Both the position numbers and the translations under genes were made by a program. The notes under the pieces were generated by a model, which had not been told where the DNA came from, made no database searches, and saw only the letters and a program-made list of their open reading frames with translations. DNA of 64,000 nt from Basidiobolus meristosporus CBS 931.73 (taxonomy: Eukaryota; Fungi; Basidiobolomycota), in the NCBI GenBank assembly GCA_002104905.1, contig MCFE01000147.1, positions 62,001 to 126,000 on the forward strand, given 5' to 3'. The number at the start of each line of letters is the position of its first letter. Within the stretch, counting starts at the first letter, position 1. This document shows, one piece after another, positions 26,350 through 39,658 of this stretch.

Positions 26350-28250
26350 CCTGGATGTATATGCTACTAGCAATACAAGGTATATGAAAGCTTTACAAGT
26401 GTCACACTGAAAAGCTGTGAAGCTAAGAGGATAAAAGTATAGCAATTGCAGCTGGTGTACACATATGTACAGGCTAGTAAGCAAGAGGCATAGGTCTTGT
26501 GGTTTGAGCTATATGTGAACAACCTAAGGTAGTAGTAAGCAAGCTGATCAAGAGGGGTGATTCTACAGTGGAAAACACAAATTTTGCAAGGGGAGGTAGA
26601 AAAAAGAAACACCATTTGGTCAATTGATAGAGTGATTATACAGACCAGGCTATAGACCCCTCTACTGTTGATAGAATGCCAGCAAAGATTTACAATGAGG
26701 CTGTCAGAACACCAGCAAGTTTCTGGTTCTTTGAAGCAATTGGATGTATTAGCCAATTAGGTTGGCTTGATTAACTGTAGCAATATTCAGACTGTCAGAA
26801 TGCCATGTATTCTTGTCAAAGACCATCAAAGCACTGTCAAGTCCTTAGTTTTATTTGGCAGTAAATTCAGCAAATACTAGTACAATCCTATCATAAGATT
26901 ATGTTGAGGCCTAATAATTTGAAGCTGCCAGCATTGTGACACCCTCATCTAAGGATGACTTGTTCCATGAGCATTTTCCTGGATTCAGACAGGTAGAGAG
27001 ATTTTGTGATGGCATTGGTATGCTAAGAAAGTATCTTAAGAATAGCATAAACTATCAATGGCAGATGAACAAGGGTGCATTGGCTAAAAACCGGTGGCTT
27101 CCTCAAGAACCCATTACAAGCAGCACCAAAAGCTCCAGACAAGCATCAAAGAGACATCAGGTTGCTGGAAGAGTGCCAATTAGGGACAAGCAGGCAGATA
27201 CAGAGGCACCAGCACAGCATTTATCAAGGAAAAAGTGTAGTGTTACTCAAGAAGCACCTAGTGAAAGTTAGCAGTGAAGGGCCAGGCAGCAAAAAAATTG
27301 GCTGCTTTTACAGGAGCCCATCACAACTACAGTTGAGAGCTCAAAACAAGTAAAAAAGAAATATCAGGTTGTCAGAAGAGTGCCAGCAAGGGGCAAGTAG
27401 GCCAAAACAGATGCATCAGAGCAATATTTTGCTGAAAAGGCAATTTGTCTACCACAGCCTCCACATCCTAAATTGCTGACAGAGTGGAGATCCCACTGAC
27501 AGACAAGGCTACAATGTCAAGAGCTCAAAACACTATCCCAATGCCATCAGTAAAGTGTTGGAATATTAATAGGCACACCAAGAGGTTGCAGCACTTCTTC
27601 AACAGCAGTGCTCAAGAAAATGCACTGGTATATTGCAAGGATTTATTGCAAAGACTGGCAGTTGAGGTGCTAGACCTTGCAGTGCTGGCTGAAGACCAGG
27701 ATGTGTGGGATCCAGTGAATGAACAGTGGCATAAAGCTGCTGGGTTCCCACCAAGGTTGTGGAAGCAGAGTGTTACAGCAGAAATACTTATTTAGTGGTA
27801 GATTTTAATGCAGCTACTTGTTGAGTGTAAGGTTGCACTTAATGTTGGTGTAGGGTATAGGGACTTGTATAGGTCAATACAATTGGCAACTGAGGTATAA
27901 ATGAAGTTTCAACTGAAATAAATCAATTTGTACGCATGAAAAGTAAGATAAATGGATGAGTCAGGAAGTAATGACTGTGAAAAAGAGGCAATAGCCAATC
28001 AATGCACACAAATATAGGAGGCACCAGAGTGTCTGGGATCAGAAAGTGAGCAAATTGTCAGGAACCAATCAAAAGCCACTTATGCATTGTTGTGACAAAA
28101 GATTTTGACCAAGTCTTTTGTGAAATCTGAGGTGCAATTATTTTTCAATGGTCTCTGGATGGTGCCCCAACAGAATCAGTACCTCTTAGTCATGAGACTT
28201 TAACTTTGTGATGGCCTTTGATTGGATCATCTCAATAATTTCTTATAGGG
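26350..28250 (+). mobile_element. CACTA-like fragments: transposase 3' region (~26350-26950) fused to ORF2 and downstream block (~26950-28250)
   Basis: Homology to 14686-14900 (reversed), 30380-30990, and 18600-20770. Confidence 0.55.
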
Positions 28251-28255
28251 GACGT

Positions 28256-29327
28256 TGTGGTGGTGTATAAGTCCAAGGGAGAGATACGTCCAACACTTCT
28301 CCAGTGTTTTGTGTGTGGGGTGTTCACTGGGTGCAATAACCTCTGGTAAAAGCTTGCTAGGAATACTTGGGTTCTTTCTCTAATCTAATGTGAAGGGGAA
28401 TAAAGCCACAAGCTTGTCAAGGGAAAACTATTGAGCTACAATCCCCAACTTAGTTGGCGTCTTAACAAAAGTATGTGCTGGGTTCAGCGTCCTTTGATAT
28501 GACAATGTACTAAAGCTTCCAAAGTCAAAACAACTGTAAACTCCACCAGCAGGGACTGGATAAGAATTCAGCTGTGGTCAATAGTTACAAAGACAGAAAA
28601 GTATTGTTGCCTGTACAAGAACAAACTTGGGAAAGAATCAAATATAATAAAAGATACCAACTCTGAGTATTCCTCACAAGTAGTGCCTCCAAGGTCAGTT
28701 GGCTGTCAGTGCGGTTTCCTGGGAGTGTCCTGTGGTCTAGGGTTGGAAGTTCAGGTAGCAGCAGGTAGCAGTGATCACACTAATCAACAAGTTGGAATAT
28801 TGATAAAAGGGATGATGATTTATTGTTGAGGGATAGCCTCCCTTATATACTTTTCTTACTGGCTAAGTGATTACTAATCATGGTGTTCCAGAAGGTTCCG
28901 GATATCAATAGAAATCTTAAGGACATCAGAATGACCTAAGAATGCTCTAAGTAGGTGCCAGAAGGTTCTAAGAGGCACAGCATATCCAACCAATCAGGGA
29001 TCAGTATTCTAAAACCTGTGTTACATTGGGATACCATATATGGTATGGAAATGCTAGGGATGGTGACACGGTTTGATCATGTGTCATCGGTACTGGCGGA
29101 GGTACTTGCCTAATATAGAAGCACTTATAGCCAGTAATCTTACATAAAGTGAGGGGTAACTTATGCAATAAGGTAAGCAGGTGTGATAGTCAACCGGCTT
29201 ATGGGATAGTACTGATTGGGTAAGACAAATGGGAAAAAAACTAAAATAAGTGTAGTAGAGATGTAGGGAAGTAGAAAATAAGGGAATGAGCACATCTGTC
29301 AGTGGGTGTCACTGTCACCCCACTACA
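28256..29327. mobile_element. Solo LTR family C (1072 bp)
   Basis: TGTGGTGG...CCACTACA ends; flanks ACGT/ATGT; partial second copy at ~23970-24450. Confidence 0.65.
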
Positions 29328-29330
29328 ATG

Positions 29331-29647
29331 TGATTGGGAGAGCAGGTAGATTTTGTGTTTAGACTCAATGCTTTATTTCATACAAAAGTAGTGCCTATAC
29401 TTATAAATGATCTTGGCATAAAACCCACATAACATAGGCTTCAGAAGGTCCCAAGTGCATGTGTGCAAAGTTTGGGGCTGTTTATACAACCTTGAGACTT
29501 TTCATATTCTGGGTGCCTGAGATTGTGGTGAAAATATTATATGTAAGTCCCAACAAGAAATCTGGTCAGTATTCTCCAAAATATGTAGGAAATGCTCTAA
29601 TTACAAGTTAGGTGAATGTTTAGGTGGAATTACAAATTCTTACAACA
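29331..29647 (-). mobile_element. Copia family-1 LTR relic
   Basis: Aligns to 43720-44032; ends TTACAACA. Confidence 0.7.
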
Positions 29648-30379
29648 TAATACAGGTCTGGTATTTGACTGGGCTTGGCTATAAGAGCAATGAAGCTGGT
29701 TTGCTATGCTGGTTAGGCTTAGTGTACTTGAGAGTGCTAAATATCCAAGGTCTGGGTTGAAACTAGTACAGAACTATAGTATTTTGAATCTCTAGGACAT
29801 AATCTTGATTTTCTTGAGACACCTGCTAAGCCTAAAGATTTAGTAGGCGTTATACTTTTTTGATCAAGTTGTATCAGGAAGCGTCAATAGACTGTATTTA
29901 TTGAAGTCAATTTATGTGCTGATAGGTGCATATGACAAATGACTGCAGATATATTCAGATGTAGGGTAACATAAACCATAACTGGGATGAGTTATGCATG
30001 GGTTAAGGAAAATCAATAAGGGTACTAGATTTTATAATATAGTAACAACAGCAAAGTTTTAAATGTAGAAGCCTATGACTAAACAACTCAGTGAGTAGGC
30101 ATTCAATTAAGTAATGTAAGCTGAGTGGCATATGATTAGCAACTAGTTGTTATTTGGAAAACATTGCTTAAATATGATGGGTTGCTCCTGCTTACAAGTC
30201 AATATCTATACATTACAATGTGGATTTCACACAAACAAGAATCAGAGTGCATCTATAAGTGGAACTAGAATCCAGCAGGGAGAAGCATATATTTGCTAAA
30301 CACAAAAATATATTTTGCAGATATTCTGGAGGTATTCATGGCAAAAATGGTTGCAACCAAGCATATACTTGCAAGATAT

Positions 30380-30990
30380 ATATATTTTCAGCAATGTAAG
30401 ATATATGGTAGCCTTCAAAGTATCATACCAAAAGCTATAAAGCTGAGAAAATGGTAGTGTGTCTATTGCAGTGGGTGTACATGTATATGTGGGCTAGTGA
30501 GCAGGAGACCATACTTTTGTTAACTCATACTATATGAGGAATGCCCATGGTAGTAGTGGGTAAGCAAATATGTAGGGGTGATTCCTAAGTGCCACATATA
30601 AATGGTGCAAGGGGAGGTAGAAAATGGAAGTCCCATTTGGTAAATCAGCACAGTGGCATTATACACATCTAGCATCAGGTTACTATGCTGCTGTTGTAAT
30701 ACCAATAGAGGTCTGCAACTTGGCCATTAAACACTGACAAGTTACTTGCCTTATAAATTATTTGCATTTATTGGCTGGTTAGGTCCATTCAAATAGATAT
30801 AGATTGTATTGAGATCATTAAAATACCATGCAAGTCTTGTCAACAGCTCAAATGAGCGCATTCAAGTCACTTACCCTATTTGGAAGTGGAACCAGAAAAT
30901 CACTTCCACAAACCTGCTATAAGATTGTGTAAAGGGTCAACAGTTTCATGTTGCTGGCATTGTGGCTGCCTCATTGCTGGATCCTTATGA
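30380..30990 (+). pseudogene. CACTA-like transposase 3' fragment
   Basis: Collinear with ~26400-26950. Confidence 0.55.
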
Positions 30991-31479
30991 TCAATATGTT
31001 GTAAGAAATTTGTAATTCCACCTAGTATTCACTTGACTTGGCCACCTACACCATTAGATACAAATTTGAGAGATTACTAACCTAATTCCTTGCTGGAATT
31101 ATCTGAATTATTTTTGCCAACATGTCTGGTATCCAGAACATGGAAATTCTTGAAGTAGTCTAAATGGGCCCAATTTTACAAACATGCTTTAACAATCCTC
31201 CTAAGGCTCTTCTACATGCTTGATATGCCAAGACTATGTAGAAGTACAAACACCACTTTACATTCAACATATCATCAAGTGAAGCCACATAATCTACATG
31301 TTCTCCCCATCAATATTAATATCTACAAGATTCTTAAAACCAGCAGTAGGCCCCAAGCTGTTACTTCCTGCAATATCTACTACTACTCCAACTGTAACTT
31401 TTCCCTCTGCTAAAAAGTTGGATGGATCCAACACCAAGTGTGGAAGGTGTAGATAAAGATGCTGCTACAAGTACAAGGC

Positions 31480-32710
31480 CTTTGGGATTTTGTCATGGGA
31501 GACAAATGCCCTAATAAAAGCATGAGAGAGGGAGCCTCAATGTAACTGGAAAAAGAACTAGGTGCCTCCTACTGTAGTTGCCTTAATGTTAAAGGCAAAT
31601 TGCTGATTCAATGCTGTAGAGCAAAAGTGGTAAAGAGTCCCTGGATGGCACTAGTAGACACATTTTAGTCATGTTCTGCAGCTAAAATAATATATCTTTG
31701 ATGAAAACTCCTTATCACAACTATGTTACCAACAGAAGAAATGAAAAATCAGATTAACAGAAATACCCTGCAGGTAGCTGAGATGGAATCTGTGGGTGTA
31801 TCCACTACTGATGGGGATGCAACATTTATTATCCTGAATATCGGTACAGGCAAGTGTTAGTGCCTTGTGTTGACCCTAAAGTCCTGAAGTGAAGATCTAA
31901 CCTTGGATTTCATATATGTGAGGCTCCTGGATGAAAAATCAAGAGAATTAAGTGCTAATAAGAAGGAAGAACAAAATGCTTAAATAATATACTAATAATT
32001 AACAGAAAAGGTACTCAAGCCTCCTGAAAGGATATAGTAGCCTGCATGGAAACTACTACAGAAGGAAAGGACACACATCAGACCAGTGCCTCAGAAAGAG
32101 AGGCAATCAGCAGTAAAAGGCGGAATATGGAAGTGCTGCACAGCTGAGCATAGACTATTCATATCTACACTGAGTATGATCACAAATAGGGATTCTTTGA
32201 TGATATATGTTGACCCTGGAGCTGCTCAATACTTTACACACCAAAAAAACTTCTTACCCAATGTTAAAAAATTCCAGTTGAAAAGGTTTTCATGGGTGAC
32301 AACAGGACACTTGATGAAGCTGGAGACAAATTATCCTTGTAAGCCTCAGGGGTAGTGAAGGAAGCAACACACTTATATTCATTAAAAGTATAAGAAATTT
32401 AGATCTAATTCACTCAAGTCTCTCTGGACCTATGCAAAACTCATCCTTTTGCAGGATGAAGTAAATACTCACAGTTATTGATAATTATGTAAGATACTCA
32501 TGAGCCTACCACATGCAAGAATAAGTAGTCTGGTCAAAGCTCAGGGAGCTTAAGCCCCTAGTGGAACAAGACATAAGTGAAAAATCAAGAAAATATGCTC
32601 TGACATTGATTGAGAATATACCTCATGACTTTCCATCCACTTGCACAAAATTCATGGGAAAAAGCAGGAAACTACTGTACCCTACTCCCCACATTAAAAA
32701 CAAGTGGCAA
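31480..32710 (+). pseudogene. Copia family-1 gag-protease-integrase relic
   Basis: Reverse-complement similarity to 46240-47830 (gag EMESVGV.TTD.D, zinc knuckle, protease YVDPGAAQ). Confidence 0.7.
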
Positions 32711-33890
32711 AATATGCTCACTTTCTGATCCCAGATGCTTGGTCATCTTCTACATTTGTGCACATTGACTGGCTGTTGCTTCTTATTCACACTCCTCACT
32801 TCCTGACCCAACTGTTTCTCTGACTTTTATGCATACCAATTGATATTATTCTGTGGAAACTTTGCTTGTACCTCACTTGCAAATTGTAATGACCAAAAGA
32901 AGTCCCTACACCCTACACTAAGAGTGAGCTCAACCCCACACTCAAGAAGTAACTTCATTAAAATCCACCACCCAATATGTATTTCTGTTCTAATGCTTGA
33001 TTTCCATGATTTTGGCAGGAGTCCAATGGCTTAATGCCATTGTTCATTCACTGGTTCCCACATGTGCTGGTCTTCAGCCAGCACTGCAAGGTTTAGCACC
33101 TCATCTTCCAGTAATTTCAATATTCAAGTGCATTTTCTTGAGCACTGCTCTTGAAGAAGTGCTGCAACCTCTTAGTGTGCCTATTAATGTTATAAAATTC
33201 CACTGAAGGCATTGTGACAGTCTGTCAAGTTCTTGGCATTGTAGATTTGTCTGTTGGTGGGATCTCCATTCTGTGGACAATGGAGGATCTGGAAGCTGTG
33301 GTAGATGAATGCCATTCTATGCAAGTTTATCTATCTTGCTGGAGTATAGCTCAACTCTCTGAGCTTCCAACTCTTGTGAAAACAGCTGCTCACTTGTTGG
33401 TAATTCTTCTTAGCTATGATGAGACTAAGTCTGTTCCAGGCATGCAGCATCAATTGGCAAGAACTGCAGTTTTTTTGCATGCTTCCCTGTGTCAGGCTTG
33501 TGTTGACATTTTTCCCTTTATCTTTTCCTTTATCACTGCCAGGTCTTTCACTTCTACTTTGTCTGAGTGCTTCTTATAATGAACTACCTTTTCTTTATGA
33601 TATATTCTGCTCCAATGCATCTGTTTTGGCCTGCTTGCACCTTGCTGGCACTATTCTGGCAACCTGATGTTTCTTTTATGCTTGTTTTGAGCTCTCAGCC
33701 ATAGTTGTGATAGGCTCCTGACAAAGCCACTGGCTTTTATCACTGCCAGGTCCTCCACTGCTACTTTGACTGGGTGCCTCTTGAGAGCCACTACACCTTT
33801 TTCTCAACAAATGCTATGCTGGTGCATCTGTGTCTGCTTGCTTGTCTCTTGTTGGTACTCTTCCAGATACCTTATGTTTCTTTGACAATT

Positions 33891-34585
33891 TGTTGTGCAT
33901 CAGTGTTGAAACCTAGCCTATTTTACTCCATTAGAAGATCTAGTACCTTAACTGATTTTCCATAACCCAAAAATAACTAATCCCAGTTATGATTTATTTT
34001 ATCACTTCTCAGAATCTAGTTTTAGCTGCTACACTGGATCATTTTTCATGTAGTCATTACGTCCTTAACTGATCTGCTAAGCCTTTCCCAGTGATTATTA
34101 TCTAAGATCTATACAACCAATTATCAGCTGCCAAGATATCAGCTGATTAATGATGCAATTTCTCATTTATCTTATTCACCTATGAACACCCCAACAGATT
34201 TCAGTTTGTCTAGTCTCTTAGTGCTTAGCAATTCAGCTTGATTAGAAGAATATATATAAAGTTTACTGAATCTCTTGGTATAGTATATTTCTCAACAAAA
34301 CTAAATTTGTGCCACAGTAAAATTAAGAATTCAACAATTCTGTTCTAGTTTCTACCCAGGCCTAGTATATCTAGCACTCCCCAGAACACCAAACCTAGCC
34401 TGCATAGCAAATCAACTCTGTTGCCTTCTTAGCCCAACTCAGCTATGTACAAGACCAATATTAGACCAGAACTTCTCTGTCAATATTTCTGTCGCTCTTA
34501 ACATTCTAAGATTCCGCACTTGTTTTTCACTTAGGTTCTGTTAACTTATTCAAGAGCTTATTACACTTCTCTCTTGGATACAACA
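33891..34585. mobile_element. Solo LTR family G (695 bp)
   Basis: TGTTG...CAACA ends; interrupts ORF2 at a site that is contiguous in ~27130-27160; related sequence reversed at ~29650-29900. Confidence 0.65.
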
Positions 34586-35643
34586 TGTTTGTTTGGAGCT
34601 TTTAGCCCTGCTTGTCATGGGCTCTTGAGGAAGCTGCTGGCTCTACCATAGCACCCTTATTCTTCTGCCTTTTATAGTTTCTGCTATTCTTAAGATACTT
34701 TCTTGGCAAATTAATGCTGGCCCAAAAGCTGTTTGCCCATTTGAGTCCAGGATAATGCTCATGGAACAAGTCAAGCTCATTCTGCTTGGCCTTGAGTTCA
34801 TGATGGTCCCATGGTATATTGGCCTTAAGGTGATGATGTGCTAGACTTCTTATGGTCTCCTGAATATTGGCCCACTCTTCATTACTTCACTCAATGGCTT
34901 CACAGATCTACAGTGCGTTTTGATTTTTTTGTATTGGTATAAATACCACATTGTCTCCCTCCCATGCTCTACCTGGGGTATATATTGCTCTACACATATT
35001 ATCTACTCATCTGGTTTCTGGACTATTTTCTGATTTCTCTGGGCCATTGCATCTATCCTATCTGCCACAGCACCTAATTGCTTCATTAATGCTTTGGTAT
35101 GAGCTGACAACATACTTACTAATATGGGTGGTGGTGATTTTACAATGACCACTAGCTGGTCTTCAACTGAAGGTATGCTCTTACTACATTCCCATTGGCT
35201 TGAGCATAATAGTCAGCTTGTGTCTCAACAGAGATCCTCTTTTGCCTACTTGACTGAGAGCCTGAGGAGTCTACAGTATTACCTTCAGTGGGCACACTGT
35301 CAACATGGCCTTTTTGGATGAAGCCCCACTTGTTGCACTGAATGTCAAAGTAAGCTGTTGTTGAACCATTCTTCTGCTGCTATCAGCAGTGGGGCTTGGT
35401 TAGGAATCAGACAATTTTGCTTTATTTCTTGGCAGCCTATATATGCAGGTGAGTCAAACCAAAGGGGAAATGGTGTTATATATACATGTGTATGTTGTGC
35501 CACCACTTTATTTATAATGCTTACTATAGCCAGCCATCATATAGTCTTACATTTATGTAGGTGCAATGTCTCAAATTCAAGACTGTCTTAAGTTCACATG
35601 AGTATTGACCAAAAAGTGATATAATTGCATTATGTTGTTGAAG

Positions 35644-36868
35644 TGTGGTAATGGAAAGTATTCCATTACTACAATATATCTAAACCAATATTGCACTCAT
35701 TTCTTTATTTTGCTTTTTGCTATCGTAACACACAAGAGAAAGATCAAGAATTCCCAACTTTGAAGAGCAAATGCTCCAGACCCTGACAAGCAATCCACCC
35801 AAGAATATTATGTCATACAGAACACGTAGTAGCCAACACATGTTTCAAATTACAGCTCATTTGAAGCAGTACTTAAGGAGTTATGACCAAAAGAGTCCAA
35901 CTATTATATATACTATGCCTTATTGCTAGGATTACTATGGTGACTTTGATCGCGTGTAACTTTTGAACCAGCCAATCAAATCACGTGAAATTTTCACAGG
36001 TGGTGCGCCTATGTCCGATCTGCGCCACTGCAAAATTTTAGCTTCGTATCACGTGTATTGCTTGCGCAATTGCCCAAAAACTTTGATCCTTCAAAATTTT
36101 CATATATATGACTTCCCCAGCTGAAAAATAAAGGGAGAGCCTCTCTTTCCAGAATCTCCACACTACGATTACAAGTTTAAAGGTTATAAGACTTCCCCTG
36201 CATCACTTGCACTGTTGAGTATTCTGACTTTGATTGGTACTACATCAGTAAAGAGACTGCAAAGCTCACAAGAATCCAATCTAAGTTCTACAAGAAACTA
36301 CCACTTATCTGTCGGAAAAGTCCCCTCTAAGAAACCCCTTTACTCTAAAGACACCCCTTTAGACACCCCTTTAGTCTAAAGACCCCTTTAGAGACCCCTT
36401 TAGGAAACCCCTTTACTCTAAAGAAGCCCCTTTAGGCACCCCTTTAGTGTAAAGTCCACTTTAGAGACCACTACAAGAAGCCCCTTTACTCTAAAGACAC
36501 CCCTATAGACACCCCTTTAGAGACTTCTACAACACACCCCTTTAGGTTAAAGGGGAGTTCAGAATTTCCATATTAGGAAATATTTTCTCAGAAAGGAAAG
36601 TGACTTCCAAACAAGGAAAAGTTACTATAAAAGTAAATAAGCCTATTAGTTGACAGAAGGCCAGAACACTGCTGTAGAAGTGATAAACACTGCCTACAGT
36701 ATATTTTGAGCCCAAGATTGAGGAAATTAGTGAAAGTTATATCTTCTATTGGTATATCAAACTCCCAATAAACTATTTCAGTATTAGCATACTGGAAGTT
36801 GTTGTATATTGTTGATTAGCCTCTACATTGTAGAACAAGCCCCAAACTAATCATAATACAACACAACA
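35644..36868. mobile_element. Solo LTR family B, copy 2 (1225 bp, TSD GAAG)
   Basis: TGTGG...CAACA ends, GAAG on both flanks, empty site GTTGAAGGTC (reverse of ~16955-16965). Confidence 0.85.
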
Positions 36869-37439
36869 GAAGGTCAAACTGCTTGCCCATGGACAAGACT
36901 ACTTTGACTCAATGTTGTAAGAGAAGAGAAAAAAGACCATGTGGCTATTGTGGCAAGCCTCTCAGCCATGAAGCATGCAGACAGTATAGGAAGTATTACA
37001 AGATTACAGCCAATGTTTTGCTACCCAAGTTATATTTGACCATTTATTGGTCACTACTGTGCTAACATTATCTTGCTGGCCAGTTGATACCTCTATATTG
37101 GCACCTGGCTGTCTTTGTCACCTTGCACAAACTGAGTCAGGTGAGTTTGTGATGTCTTTAGGCTCACCTCAGCCTTTTGAATATGGCACTCAGAGTGATA
37201 GCTCTGACAAAGAAGGTTCACTGATGGATATTGAGCCTATCACCCCTAACAACAGCTCCATGTATGAGCCTGGTCAAATCCCTATATACAATATGACAAC
37301 ACCTGTTGGAACAAATGCAAAGGATACTTTATGGAACCAAGTCAGCCCAGTAATCCATCTACTGGTGAGTGATGTAATGTTGTGCTACAAGAACCAGTCT
37401 GATGGGCTTGCTGACTAGGAAAACCTCCATTGGTCTGCA

Positions 37440-38330
37440 AGTTTAAAAAATGTTTATATTGTCTTAAACAATCACCAAGAGCCTGGAATTGTCAGATAGA
37501 TTTTGATTGGAATCTTTGAGTTTCTAAAAAAGTACTGCTTGCTATAGTGTATACCATAAGCCAGAAAGGGCAAATCCAGTTCCATTAGCTCTGTTTGTGG
37601 ATGAGCTTATTGTAGCCACCAGTAACCAAGGGATGTTGAGGAGACTAAATTAAGCTTATCAAAGGTGTTCAAGATGTCTAATCCAGGAGAACTTGGCTAC
37701 TAGTTAGGGATATGGCTCTGTATAGACAGTAGTACCAAGATTAGCACCCTAAGCCAGTCTAAGTATATTCATGGTAAACTCAAGAAGTACCAAATGGGAA
37801 ACTGTAAACCAGCAGCTACACTAATGAAGACAAACCTTTACTTGATCAAAGCTCAGCCAAATTAAGAAAGCTTGGGACCATCTTATAGCCCTGACTTTCC
37901 TTATCTATCTATAGTCAGCAGTCTGATATATATCATGCTTGTAGCATGTCCAGGTATTTAATATTCAGGGGGAGTTGTCAGCCAGCAAAATCTGAACTAT
38001 GGATCTGATTACATTGTAGCAGTTCAGTGGATTTTTTTATATCTAAGAGGAACTGCAGATATCTGTTCACAGTAAACTTGTGAGAATTCAGGACTAGATC
38101 TTGTGGAATCCTCTGGTGCTGAATGGGGGTAAAATCTTGAAGTCTGAAGATTTACCACAGGATACACCTTCCTTTACTGTAAAGGCATAATTTTCTGTAA
38201 CTCAGCAATGCAACCAACCATGGCTCTTTCCACTACAAAGGAAGAGTATATGGCAGCCTGTGAAGCTATTAAAGATGTGATGTAGTTAAGAAAGCTCTTT
38301 GTAGATTTAGTCCTATGTCAATATCACCCC
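37440..38330 (+). pseudogene. Copia family-1 RT/RNase H relic
   Basis: Reverse-complement similarity to ~44300-45100. Confidence 0.7.
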
Positions 38331-38399
38331 TCATCTGTTTAATCTCCTGGGACATATGTTGCAATACCTCATGATGGAAGGTTGTCCTCTATTCCAGAA

Positions 38400-39400
38400 G
38401 TTGTTGTCAAACCTTTGACAATGCTTAGTAAACATGTCTGACAGGCCACCTGGTAGTGATTGCAGCAACTTGCTCAGCATCACTTTTGTTTGTTACAACA
38501 CCTCCTTCATGCTCCTCTTGTATTTGGTCACTTCCTTGCCCTCTTCCTCTTCTGCATCCTATTCAACATCCTAGTCCCCTTCTTCATTCTCTTTGCTCTC
38601 TACCTTCACTCCTGGCATATACTCAGATACTGCCTGCTTCCATACTTCTTGTTTTATGAGGGATTACATTCATTTTCTCTACTTTTATACATATTCTGAC
38701 TAAGCTGATGGCCCATTCTTGTTATCTTTCCCTTTAAGGTTACTGAGCTTCTTGCTCCTATGCCACATCCATCTAGCCAGTAGTGAATCACTTCATCTAC
38801 ATATTATACCATATTTTTATTTTGTTAATATCAATACTCTGTTACTTTATTAAAGCTCAAAACTGCATTTGCAAAATTATTTGTCTTTAGTAACCATGGA
38901 TTTTTGTTCCATCACTTGGCTGTTCAATTGTTTCTCTACTTGATCAAGAAGTGATTGATTTTACTATCAGTTAACTTATCAGTCTAGGCCCAACTCTCCT
39001 TTGTATGCTATAATCTAAATATACCACTTGGAGTACTCTATAATGAGGCAACATCAATCTAAGCTGAAGTTTGTTTTGAAACTGCTCAATTGAAAGGGCT
39101 TGCATTCTTCTCAGCACAACTGAATCACCTGCTATTTTGTCGCAGTTCTCTTCAGATATTTAGAACTTCCAAGGGTACTACTACCAGAATTGGTAACTGT
39201 ACTGCTCTTCTTGCTGTTATCTTTCTCTATAGTAGACTCTTGGTCCTCCTTTGGGGCACAAGAGCTGCTATGGCAGTGGTAACTTCCTCTTTTAGTATTG
39301 GTCCCTCAGTAACAGGCCTGAAGCTTTGCCCACATGGGTGGCTTATTAACTGTGTTGGTGCTGTACCTGATGCAGTGTCTCTGAGTGCTGTGTAACTATT
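38400..39400 (-). pseudogene. Decayed ORF with possible Myb/SANT-like N-terminal part, acidic tract and coiled-coil-like end
   Basis: Stop-riddled translation contains SWA*TDKLTDSKINHFLIK*RNN..FANAVLSFNK and an E-rich tract; weak resemblance only. Confidence 0.25.
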
Positions 39401-39658
39401 TGTTCTCTCCTGTCCTGTAGACTTATTTTACTTTTATATACACCAACCTCATTATATTATACTTTAGCCTCTCTTGTGACTATACCATGGTTCCATTCTG
39501 TGATGGCTAGACAAACCAAGGCCACTACACATTGGGTGCTGTGGCTTATTGATCAAAGAGCAAGCTATTGATGCTGATATTGATTTTGAGGATAATATCT
39601 GGGTATACTTTGGAGTCAACTAGGGTAGACAGCTACTAAATTGCTCACATAGTACAAT

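Larger units (their letters stand above)
32700..37440. mobile_element. Inverted copy of the CACTA-like element (ORF2 on -, transposase 5' end on + from ~36883), carrying two solo LTRs
   Basis: Reverse-complement collinear with ~16380-20600; transposase N-terminus KRREKRPCGYCGKPLSHEACRQYRKYY at 36883. Confidence 0.7.

Noticed and set aside
36330-36560. CRISPR-like array
   Set aside because: The motifs are short and irregular, there are no unique spacers of constant length or cas genes, and the context is a eukaryotic LTR.
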